Assembly: GCA_977016875.1 (NCBI GenBank)
Contig: CDRNST010000104.1
Span: 1,178,001-1,242,000 of the forward strand
DNA: 64,000 bases
Direction of reading: 5' to 3'
Source: Pavona decussata
Taxonomy: Eukaryota
Of this stretch, positions 38,201 through 52,742 are shown piece by piece; positions within the stretch are counted from its first letter, which is position 1; the number at the start of each line of letters is the position of its first letter. A program made the position numbers and the translations under genes. Under the pieces are notes generated by a model that searched no databases, had not been told where the DNA came from, and saw only the letters and a program-made list of their open reading frames with translations.

Positions 38201-39013
38201 ACAAAGAAAGCTGTGAGGAAAACAGAAACAGGATGAGTGCACATACATTAGCAAACCACTTTTTGTTGTACAAACGACCACCAAATTGGTTTTCTACTGA
38301 CTAAATGTATGAATAACATGGCATTTCCTTACTCCTTTCATCTGTAATTCACACAGTTCTAAGTGTACCGTAAATGATCTAATAAACGCCCCCTCTCTTA
38401 TGAATGCCTCCTTTCTAATTAACGCCTCCCTAGGCTGTCAAGTTTGTATTTAGCGCCCCTCTCTAACAAACGCCCCCGTCTAATAAACGCCCACCTTCCT
38501 GAAAACCACACATAAACTAGAAAACAGATGTACAATACGATCAATCAATTTATTTGCGTTCTTGCTTAATTAACACTGGTGTGCGAGTTGCGTCTTGACA
38601 TTGAGCTATAAGAACTAACAGTACCCTTTTTTGCCGCTTTGTATGTACCCTATGCCGTTATGGATTTCTAGACAGTTTAGACTTAGCAGCGACGGACTTG
38701 ATAGTCTGCTCAACGCTCTGTCATTTAGGTTATTATAATACAGTATTTACGTTACCATGTTACAGTTGTTAGAATAAACGCCTCTCTCTTTTAAATGCCT
38801 CTTATCTTTTAAAGGCCCCCCTCGAACCCTTGAAATTCAATAAACGCCCACGGCGTTTATTAGATCATTTACGGTAGTTGGATAATATAGTAGTAGTAAA
38901 ATGAAAAACGTAACATAACAAGAAATACATCATGATTTCGTTATTAAACAACAAAGATATTTGCATACCCCAGGAGGCGGATATCCACCACCACCATAAG
39001 GAGGATATGACAT
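26210..39013 (-). CDS. ANXA7: Annexin A7/A11-like, ~560 aa, 16 coding exons
   Basis: Exons (minus) 39013-38969, 37447-37234, 36722-36396, 35913-35819, 35041-34997, 34669-34579, 34169-34075, 33429-33316, 33211-33155, 33059-33026, 32553-32474, 31006-30938, 30203-30102, 29191-29116, 27642-27530, 26335-26210. Starts [15 protein letters not shown]; four annexin repeats ([36 protein letters not shown]). A7 versus A11 orthology is not resolvable by eye. Confidence 0.92.
26385..26754. mobile_element. Kolobok-like non-autonomous DNA transposon (copy 1)
   Basis: TTAA TSD, TIR aggggaagtatcatg / catgatacttcccct. Confidence 0.75.
26970..27437 (-). mobile_element. tRNA-headed SINE-like element, partial-tandem form
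   Basis: Reverse tRNA-like gggattcgaaccc...ctctaccaactgagcta between two direct copies of aatgaatgtaaatatatgaaacatatat..gaaagatcctcgca. Confidence 0.7.
26983..27160. mobile_element. Tc1/mariner-type MITE (innermost nested)
   Basis: ta|cagtggaacctc ... gaggttcgactg|ta; acggacac repeats. Confidence 0.8.
28171..28720 (+). mobile_element. LINE (CR1/L2-group) 3' remnant
   Basis: LQNKAGKLI...[29 protein letters not shown]...HDYNTR followed by a 3' UTR and (ttta)n tail. Confidence 0.75.
29466..29897. mobile_element. Tc1/mariner-type MITE
   Basis: ta|cactctgtttttttt.ataaga / tcttatgaaaaaaacagagtg|ta; taagaac repeats. Confidence 0.8.
31168..31420 (+). mobile_element. tRNA-headed SINE-like element, inverted-tail form
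   Basis: Inverted tail (31168-31286), then 5'-truncated tRNA-like part (gaggtcatgggtttgaatcccgttcaagcctgaattttt), then sense tail. Confidence 0.7.
32040..32408. mobile_element. Kolobok-like non-autonomous DNA transposon (copy 2)
   Basis: Colinear with 26385-26754; ttaa|aggggaagtatca...cttcccct. Confidence 0.75.
33518..33693. mobile_element. Tc1/mariner-type MITE
   Basis: ta|cagtcgactcc.gataac / gttatccggagtcgactg|ta; related to 9090. Confidence 0.8.
34350..34572 (-). mobile_element. tRNA-headed SINE-like element, inverted-tail form
   Basis: Same family as 26970 and 31168; tail present in both orientations around a truncated tRNA-like head. Confidence 0.65.
35685..35728 (+). ncRNA. Degenerate minimal hammerhead ribozyme inside a ~215-bp inverted-tail element (35571-35787)
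   Basis: atcac CTGATGA a gact-agc-agtaa-gc-agtc (g>a)AAA c(g>a)tc gcgat. Confidence 0.55.
36440..36710 (-). repeat. Coding 27-bp tandem repeat (GGYGGPPPA)n in the annexin head
   Basis: ccacctgcagggggtggacctccatat-type units within exon 36722-36396. Confidence 0.85.
38368..38874. mobile_element. Tc1/mariner-type MITE
   Basis: Perfect TIR ccgtaaatgatctaataaacgcc / ggcgtttattagatcatttacgg, TA TSD. Confidence 0.85.
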
Positions 39014-39927
39014 ATTAAATTCTTCAAGGGTAGGCTGGAGAGATAAAAGAATATCAAGAATTCATTTAACACCATACACTGCCATTGTGCAGTTCCAGAA
39101 AAAAATCCATACCTACCACATGGAAGGTTGTCAGAAATTCCTAGGGGGAGGGGGATCTTGCAAGCTAAAATTTTAGAAGCAAAGTATGAAGCCAAACTGG
39201 AATTTCCTGGGAGGAGGGAGTTGCAAAACAAAAAAAACCTCTTCAGATCAGTTCCTTCCGTTGGGGAAAAAAAGGGGGGGGGGGGGGGCGCAAAAAGGCT
39301 TAGTTCTTCGTGAACTCACCTTCTTTGCTTGGTGATAAAAATAAAAGGGTCCACAAACAAGAAACTGAGTTATTTTAAGAAAAAAACTTAACTTTGTGGT
39401 TCATTTGATATTAAATTGAGGGATCGCTTTATTGATGTGGTATTTACTTACCACAACCCTAGCGCGCGCTTATAGCGTCATTTACTGAACCTGTAAAGCG
39501 TGCGCAAACTGTGTTCAGACACCTTAAAGAATTCGATGTGAAAAGCAATGTTCATGCACTGTGTAAGTCGAGCTTTGCATTTTTGTAATGTTTCAGCTTA
39601 TGTACTGTTTATATATTTAGCCCAGCTACTTATATTAAAACGTCCTTAAAATTTCGCTTTTTCCGCCTTCTCAAAGGTTGACGTCTTGAATTGCTGATCA
39701 AAATAGTGCTACACTGTTAACTGCTCTTAAATTTGAACAAAATTGTACTTTCGTTTCCTGATAAAAACAGAAGCCTGTGATGAAAGCTTTAATTTAAGGT
39801 GCGCCTAGCTGCACAGTACAAATCTACAAGCTACACAGGACAGTTACAAAAGGAATAAACCACCTTGTGATTCAAAGTTTTACCACCAAGATATAAGGCT
39901 ATAAATACTCACAGTTAAGGTACTTAC

Positions 39928-40260
39928 CGAGAAATGAAAGACAATCAAGTCTATGGAACGCTACCAAACAACAAGGAAAATGCTTTGCTTTTGGAAGGCT
40001 CACAAACATTTGAGGAGGCCTAGAAGCTAGGAGGAGGGGTAGCGACATATATGGAATGCATGCCCATATTTGGCATATTACGTACATGTGCCTTCGCCGA
40101 TGTTGACCGCCATAGTTACTTTGGGACGTTGAAGTAATATACAAGGTAGTTGCGCTTGACGCACACTTTTTTGTGACTTTTTCTCATCTTGCGTCCCTTA
40201 TACGTACTGAAACCAATAAATTAAACATTCCTCTGACTTCTTAGAACTTGAACGGCGACT
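39928..40260. promoter_or_regulatory. Putative bidirectional promoter / 5' UTRs of annexin (-) and PP2Ac (+)
   Basis: Minus-strand donors gtaagt (39927) and gtgagt (39912) with an acceptor at 39035 imply a non-coding annexin exon 1 just upstream of the PP2A ATG (40261); locally CpG-retaining. Confidence 0.55.
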
Positions 40261-45161
<4,901 letters not shown>

Positions 45162-46042
45162 TGAGCTGTTCTTGTATAGCTTGGCAGCTGTTTAAAAGTA
45201 GTAACTGTTCATCGTCTTTGCCTATGACTATTCGAAGGAAATTGGAGAAAACTTTTCTTTTTCTTTTGTGGTGTACCTGAACCCAAGTACATTGCTCTAC
45301 AAAAGAGAAGACCAAGAGTTACCTGTAAGAAGAGAGGCAGGAGTAAGAAAAGGGAGGGGGGGAGGTGAACTTTATTTTAAAATAAATTGAGTGGATCCCT
45401 TAGGTCTGCCACTGCTCCAGAGCTTTTGTCACTCTTTTTGTGGCAATTTTAATTCATCTTTTCATTTCATTGTTTGAAAGTGTATTCGGTTAAATCATTG
45501 TAAAGTCTAAATAACCTAATGTTGCCCTTGCAAGGTGGTCTACTTCCAGAAACAAATTAATATTATAGTACAGTCAAACATTCCAAAGTAGCCGTCTTTG
45601 TCAAGTGACCGCTGCTCTTGTCCTTGGTCTGTTGTGAGCAAGAAGAGGGCAAGGAATCAGTTGCGCCGTTCACATGCAAACAGTTAGATTTTCGTCTTCT
45701 TTCAGAAACTATTGTGTTCAAACAGTGGCGGGTGAATGAGTGACAGTTTTTGCAAATTGTTGTTAGATGATGATGATCAATTTTTTGATTTTTTTTGTTT
45801 CCTTTGCTATGATGTGCTTAGAAAGCTGAAACCTTAAGCTTTTTTGTCAAGGTTCAAAGCAAAACCCTGGCCTGCAGATAGCTGTCTTTTATTTTCTTCT
45901 GTCCAGACCCAATGCAGGAAGAAAATACAAGGAGCCTGCATTCTGGCCAGCAACATCCCTGCCAAAAATTGTGCACTCAGTGCAACTGCTACTGCAATGA
46001 AAGCGGCTTGTTAATTTGATGTATAATAGCTTCAGACACCAT

Positions 46043-46267
46043 GGCCCGGTTGTTTGAAAGCCGATTAAAAGTTAATCGAGGTTTTCATCTCGCCGGTTAA
46101 AATGGTTTTAAAGGCTAATGTCAAGCTAAAGGTGAAGAAAAGTCTACGTCAATACTGAAGGACAAAAATCTTTTAGAAGAATCTTCATTGATTTAATAGT
46201 AATTAAACTCGCATCAAAGTTCACGTTAATCCAGGATTAGCTTAATCGGAATTCGAACAACTGGGCC
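46043..46267. mobile_element. PIF/Harbinger-like MITE
   Basis: ggcccggttgtttgaa / ttcgaacaactgggcc; related fragments near 500-690 and 20730-20975. Confidence 0.65.
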
Positions 46268-47150
46268 CTGCAGTCTAACGGTGTATCCATGGAAACTAAT
46301 CTGCAAGCAAACTGCTCTTCAAATATTATTGGCCGTTTAGGCCCCAATATCAACATCTCTGTTTTCCGTCTCTCTCATGGTGTTAATAATTTATTGGGAG
46401 AATTTGCTTAGGCGTTGCTAGATTTTATTTTAGTGATTTTGTAAGTAGAAGTTAGATGTTGATCACAATTGGGGCTTAAAGGGTGAAGAAACTATTATCC
46501 AGTGTCTAGTGGGGCTGAGAGGCTAAATGAAATTTCTCTTTTTAAATTGTTGCGAGTGATGACTAATCGTGTAAAATCTGTTGAAATCAGTTTATGAGAT
46601 GAGACGAGATGAGATGATATTTAGTTACAGGTTCATAACTTAACCAATAGTGCATTAAATTCAGGAGATTGTAGACTAAATCCTGGTGTATTTTAACCCT
46701 GGTCATTAAAATGCTATTAAGTGCAAATTTGTGGGGGTTTTTTTCTTGTTGTTGTTGTTTTGTTGTGCAAATGATCAATTTTCGTTGTTGGTATGATTCC
46801 TTTCACTTTCATCAATGTCCCCCGACTGATGTTAAATTTCCTTCGAACAAAAATTACTGAACTTGGCATTTCGAGTTAGATTTCCCCAATTTGAGATTTC
46901 AGACTTGATACACAGAGCCACAGCGACCGATTGCCTCGACTCACAGGGTAGCTGAAAGTTGATCATTCGCACACTAAAATGTATAAATCATTCCATCAAT
47001 GGTCCCTGCGAGTTGAGTCATTTTAGGCTAGCGAAACCGATAGCTTAAACGAACAAAAAAAAAACATTGAGAAGTATTTTAGCAGCGTGGCATATTGCCT
47101 ATCGGCTAATTTCCAATACTTTAATGAGACTTGGGTGTCTCGTGTGATCT

Positions 47151-47897
47151 TCAAACAGAATCCTTTGTCGTATCATATATTATTTTTGCCATTCTGTCGT
47201 AGGCTGGAGCAGTCAAGTGAACACCATCACTACATAACATTTGGTCTCGAGGAAGTAACATTTTCTTGTCAAGATCAGCAAGGAGAACCTTCCCCGCCAA
47301 ATTTGCGGCAAAATTTCTGATCCTTTCATTCACTTTCATTCTGACCTCCAATACTGGAGGTATTTGACTCGTTGCTCTCACCTTCTCGCACGTTAAGGCG
47401 GGAATTGTCATGGCAACGGTTTTAGCCCCCGATCTGTGAGCCAACGTGTGGAGTTGATGAATAGCATTAAATATAGCAAACTCGTCTTTTAGTTTGTTCT
47501 TCTCTGTAGGTGCCCATATGCTCGGCATGCTGATCAAATCATTTGTCCCACCTAAAATGATAACCCAGTCGTATTTCACGGCCGCTCCTCGCAGAATGCC
47601 CCAAAGCCGCCGAGTCATTTCTTCTTGAACTTTTTCTCCTGCAACTCCTGCGTTGTAGAGCACAATATGGCGATGCCCTGAACGATCCTTTGTCCCCGTA
47701 CTCTGGTTATTGTAGTCAAAATACTGTTGAAGCTTTTCCGTGTATGGGTGAGGCACTGAGCTTGTCAACCCGAAAGTCAAGGAATCACCGAAACATAAAA
47801 TCCTGACAACTTTGCGTCTTTGGTTTAAAGCCATGTGAGATAACAAAAGGGTATACTGCGCGACTAAGAGACATCTAAACATTGCAAAAATAAACAT
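47151..47897 (-). CDS. Intronless SGNH/GDSL-type hydrolase (paralog 1)
   Basis: Blocks GDSLT, NAGVAG, ILGGTND, DGVH; first in-frame ATG at 47897 with a hydrophobic N-terminus. Confidence 0.88.
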   Translation of the reverse strand: MFIFAMFRCLLVAQYTLLLSHMALNQRRKVVRILCFGDSLTFGLTSSVPHPYTEKLQQYFDYNNQSTGTKDRSGHRHIVLYNAGVAGEKVQEEMTRRLWGILRGAAVKYDWVIILGGTNDLISMPSIWAPTEKNKLKDEFAIFNAIHQLHTLAHRSGAKTVAMTIPALTCEKVRATSQIPPVLEVRMKVNERIRNFAANLAGKVLLADLDKKMLLPRDQMLCSDGVHLTAPAYDRMAKIIYDTTKDSV

Positions 47898-48799
47898 ATC
47901 GAGAAATGTTACCAGTACTGAGTCTTTCTGGACCACATGCCATGAGATTCCAGCATCGGTCTCGATCTTTGTGAGAACTCCAAGCCGCCGTACAATTTGT
48001 ACGTTTTTACCACCTTAGCTATGTGCTTTCAGTCAACTTGTTAAAATCAACGTAAGCAGACAATGAAATGGGCGATCACACGTCACACAACCTATTTATT
48101 TTATTGATAGATCATAAGTGGCACCTGTATTTTATGCTTTGATAGTGATCTTGTTTCTCTAAACATAGTCACGCCTGGTTGTTTAATCACGATATCCACG
48201 AAAATAGCTAGCCTTACAGTCAACCCAGGTCAAGCGTGAACGATATTTTTGAAATTTGAACGGAGTTTTGAAATTCACATGTCAGTTTTCAAAATCGCCA
48301 ACGAGATTTCAGAGTTCCCGTATAAATTTCCCTAGCTTATTGACAGTATAAAGCTATGAATTTTTCTTTACATTGCAAAAGTGAATATTCCAAGAATAAC
48401 AATTGTTTCCCAAGTATTTTGAATCTTTTTTTCAGTTAATGCGTCTTTTTCGGAACGACTTCCTGAGAGATGTCCAACATTCCATTCACACGTCGGACAT
48501 TACAGAGAGAAATTCGAATGTTCATTTCATTCTTGGAATTACTGTTCACGCGTGACCTGGATTGACTGTAAATTTTTTTGTAAATAAATTGAATGTTACT
48601 TGGTTTGCAAAGTGCCTTACACTTTATATTCCCCATTTCCCATTGACTACAAAGGCAGTTAAAGCAGGGGACTGCTGTCAAACGGCCTTGTGCTCAGGTT
48701 CCCTTCGGCTAAGACGGACAGGTGGCACTGAGGGGAGTCCAGTAGGGGGTATCTAAAATTTACCTGGGTCCGGGAGGAAATTTGAACCTAAATTCGTTT

Positions 48800-49340
48800 G
48801 GCCCGGCCAAACAATTGCAACATCATCCAACATTGTTGGACGATGTTGCACAGTGTTAAACTAGACATGCAACACTTAGGCTCAAGGGTGTGGGACCAAA
48901 ATCTACCCAGAATCCATAGAAAACAAACCCAAAAAATGGCGAGAGACCGATCGACCTCTGCAGTTTCCCTAGTTCTTTGCCCTTTCTCTTTTTATCTGAG
49001 TAGATATTGCTCGTGTTTAAGCTTCCTTCGTTGAGAGATTCAAAACTTTGATCGTTCGTCATCCTGTAGCTTTAACACTCACACAGCAACGCACGCGCGA
49101 AGCAAATATAAATAATAAATCATCGCCATGGATACAGTGGGCATGAATGTTGAACACGTGGCCAAACGAATGCAACAAGGAAATCTTGGACGATGTTGAA
49201 GACGATGTTTCATGGAAATCAAACTTCGTCCAACATCATCTAACATCATACAACTGATGATGGCCAAACGAGTGCAACATGTTGGACTCAACAATGTTGG
49301 ACGATGTTTCATGAACAAGTTGCATCCGTTTGGTCGGGCC
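48800..49340. mobile_element. PIF/Harbinger-like MITE
   Basis: TIRs ggcccggccaaac / gtttggtcgggcc; caacat / atgttg repeats. Confidence 0.75.
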
Positions 49341-50133
49341 TTTAAGTGTCAGGTTGACGTCTTTTCTTCTTTTCTACAAGTGGTTTAATCCATGGACAAA
49401 TTCAAAAAAAAAAAAAATTAAGAAATTTGTAATTTTATTGAACTTTGATCGGCGTTCGTGCAAAAGTGTTGCTAGATCCTAAACCGCAAATGACTGAACT
49501 GTCTTTTGTTAGAAAATCAGAGCATTTGAGCCACTACCGGTCAGCTTTTTTCCTCGCTGAGTTTGGATTATTCTGAGACTTGTGCGCAATTAAGAAAGGC
49601 GTGTCTACTTGTTTGCTCACAAACGAGCAGAGATGAAAGTAATTGCTGTTTAATTTTTACTGACGAATAATCAATGTATTCAACATGATTCAATTATACC
49701 TAGGAAAGATTCGCAGCTATGTAAACGTCTGTATACTGAGAAGCTGAAAAGTGTAATATTTCGATTCTCTCGAGGTGAAATCCGAGGTTGCCGTAGGGTG
49801 ACCGTTTTTCGTGGTTTTCTGCCGTTATATGGAATATTAAAGAAAAACTACAGACTCTATATCCTTCAGTTACTTACCTAGGTCTTCAAACTGACAAAGT
49901 ATGAGCGAAATCGATTTTTTGACCGTAGCCACGATTTCTTTGATTTTTACTGACAATCACTCTTAATTCCTGTTGTGAAACTTAACCAATGGCGGTCACC
50001 AATAGCCTATTTTGAATTCTTATAGGGATTACCGCTGTACGTTCCCCGTTCCCGGTTCCCCGTTCCTCGTTTTAGTAACATCCGAGCGAACAATAAATTC
50101 ATCCGTTGCTACTCGTGCTTGATTGTCGTCAAC

Positions 50134-50919
50134 ATGTTCAACAAACTGTGGACCAAGCAACGCTTTGTACCCCTGCGCTATGTGTTGTTGGTAATACTCG
50201 TTTGTTTTATTTTAGTCGCTTTAAGGTCCCTTAAGCGATCAAGACAGCTGTCAGGAACGGAAAATGTGATTCGGATTTTGTGTTTTGGCGATTCTTTGAC
50301 TGCGGGTACCCTGAACAGACAGTTGGAACAAACTAAATTATCAAAAACACGCCATCCATATTCATTGACACTACAACAACGCTTTGATTTTCACGATCAC
50401 ACGGTCCTTGGACGGGCCATAAGACCTATCTTCGAAGTCCACAACGCAGGTATCCCAGGCGAGCGAGTACTCGATCAAATGCTGCCGCGTTTAACGCAAA
50501 TCCTTCAAGATGCGAGGACTGGATACAGTTGGGTGATTATTCTCGGAGGTACAAACGACTTACGAAATTACCGAAATATGTCTTTTCTGGGCGATTACAA
50601 GTCTATTTCCCACGCTTTAACAAACCTTCATAATATAACCCATAATTACGGAGCGAGGACTGTCGCCGTTACTATTCCGGACAGGGAATGTATAGGCGCT
50701 GGGACATGTTATTATTTAAAGAAAGCACAGTACAAAATAAATGAACTGCTGCGAGATTTCGCCGCCAAAAACAAAGGGAAAGTGATTCTAGCTGATTTAG
50801 CGAGCGAGATTTTTCTTCCTCGCGATGCAAGCCTCTGGAGTGACTGGGTGCATTTAACTGCAAAAGGGTACGACAAGATGGCGGAAATAATTTACAATTC
50901 AATGAGTGAATATGTTTGA
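50134..50919 (+). CDS. Intronless SGNH/GDSL-type hydrolase with N-terminal signal-anchor (paralog 2)
   Basis: ATG at 50134; YVLLVILVCFILVAL TM segment; GDSLT, NAGIPG, ILGGTND, DWVH. Confidence 0.9.
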   Translation: MFNKLWTKQRFVPLRYVLLVILVCFILVALRSLKRSRQLSGTENVIRILCFGDSLTAGTLNRQLEQTKLSKTRHPYSLTLQQRFDFHDHTVLGRAIRPIFEVHNAGIPGERVLDQMLPRLTQILQDARTGYSWVIILGGTNDLRNYRNMSFLGDYKSISHALTNLHNITHNYGARTVAVTIPDRECIGAGTCYYLKKAQYKINELLRDFAAKNKGKVILADLASEIFLPRDASLWSDWVHLTAKGYDKMAEIIYNSMSEYV

Positions 50920-51394
50920 GAAAGACTCCGTGTTCTGAGCTTTGAGACGAGAAGACATAATTCAGATAATTTATACCATGAATAATGGGATATTGATTAT
51001 GACGTCATCTAAAAATAATAGTACTCCTCCTCATTTCCTTCTCAAATAAACTGCTAATTCTGCGTACACTATACTAAACTCTCTCGTGATCATGTGTTTC
51101 AGTGAATGAAAGCCTATCGCAGTTCTATGAGCAAACAAAGCCCGAAAAACTGTTCAGGCTTGACTTCTTCGACTGACCGGTGAAACGCTCAACACAACTG
51201 AGCCGGAGCTGGCGTGTGTTTCTCAACTGAAACTCCCGAGAGCATTTTGGACCCGAAAAACTATTTTACCTGCACTGACAATGTTTATTGCTAGAAATTT
51301 GATTTTTTTATATAATTTTGAAAGCTAAAATGTTGAAAACTTTCAAATATCAAGAAACACATTGTGAAAGTTTGAACAAAAAGCTACCACCACG

Positions 51395-51597
51395 CGACGC
51401 GCTTTACCGTGGCCACCCAACAAACTTTTTTTTTTCCAGTTAGCCATAAAATACAAACGACATGTTTCAATAATTCATTGTTGCGTCACTTGCCTGTTGG
51501 ACTTTGCAAGGAGGCGTGACCGTTAATCAAATTCGCGTATCCTGGTTGGCCAACTTGTAAAAAAAACTTTGTTGGGTGGCCACGGTAAGGCGCTCGC
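51395..51597. mobile_element. MITE with ~45-bp TIRs
   Basis: ttaccgtggccacccaacaaa / tttgttgggtggccacggtaa. Confidence 0.7.
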
Positions 51598-51991
51598 GAA
51601 AATAATACCAAGTAACCAGTTTTGCACGATTTTCACGGATTCTAATCCCCGCAAAAATAAAAGGGATGAAAGGTAAAAAGGAATTTGTACCCCCTCGCAA
51701 GAAAAAATTCAATGACCTTTGTCAATGGCTTTCGTCTATAATTTATAGACGAAAATAAATTTGTTCTGAGAAGCACTTTATATCAAACTGCTCGCTGAAA
51801 ATGTCTTCCTAGGCTATAAAAATGTAAGCCCCTCCAATGAAAAATACATCAGTACTCAATATATTAATTTAAATTATAAAAACCTCAATAAATATCTTAT
51901 CTTTTTCAAAACTTGTGAATTTCGACGGTCAGACGCTACTGTACAAAAAGTTAAAAATACAAATCCTAACTAAACCTTTCCCTTATATTAT

Positions 51992-52285
51992 TAGTGTGGT
52001 TTTCAATCGAGTGTCGTAAAACCAAAACAAAGTAATTACTCTGGCGAGTGAGCTGGCGAGTCACAACAAATGTGAACAGTGCAACGAGCCAATCAGAGTT
52101 CGAAGCAAATACGTGTAACCGGCGCCAAGCGCGGGAAAACGCGTGCAAGCAAGTCACGATTGGTTTTGGTTTTTGTTCCTGATTGGTTGAGAAACATGCT
52201 CAAGTTTTCCTAACCAATCACAAACCGTAGTAAAACAAAACCAAAGCAGACTCGATTTACGCCGACACAATTGAAAACTGCTCTA
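51992..52285. mobile_element. MITE (tagagcggttttcaat family), copy 1
   Basis: TIR-like ends, ccaatca / tgattgg repeats; homologous to 57595-57882 and degenerate 55662-55981. Confidence 0.75.
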
Positions 52286-52742
52286 TAGAAATGCAAAACG
52301 ATCACAGTAAAAGAGTCCAGAAACCAGAAAAAAACAACAAAAACATGCAATACTGATATTTCAGTTTCAGTGTTTCAGACACTTAAAAAATCAAAACAAA
52401 ACTGCAAGCGAAATTTAAATAATTTGAAATAATTTGATTCTATTCCGGCGTTACCCTTTCTATTTTTGTGTTGTTCCAGCACATGATCAATGTCAGTTTA
52501 AAAACTAAGAAATGCAGATAAACATCTAAGTAAAATTGCTAACTGAATTTTCCTATTTGGAGCCTCAGCTAAAACTAGTTACCATTTAAACCGACTGTAA
52601 TGGCTTTTTAAAAAGAGTGGTCTGGTTTAACGGTAATGTCATCTCTAACTCATAATGAATTCCACTTTAGTCTAACAACAACAGCAGCACAACTAACATC
52701 ATGCACCTATGTTAAATTTTAGTCGAGCCAGGCCATAAATAT

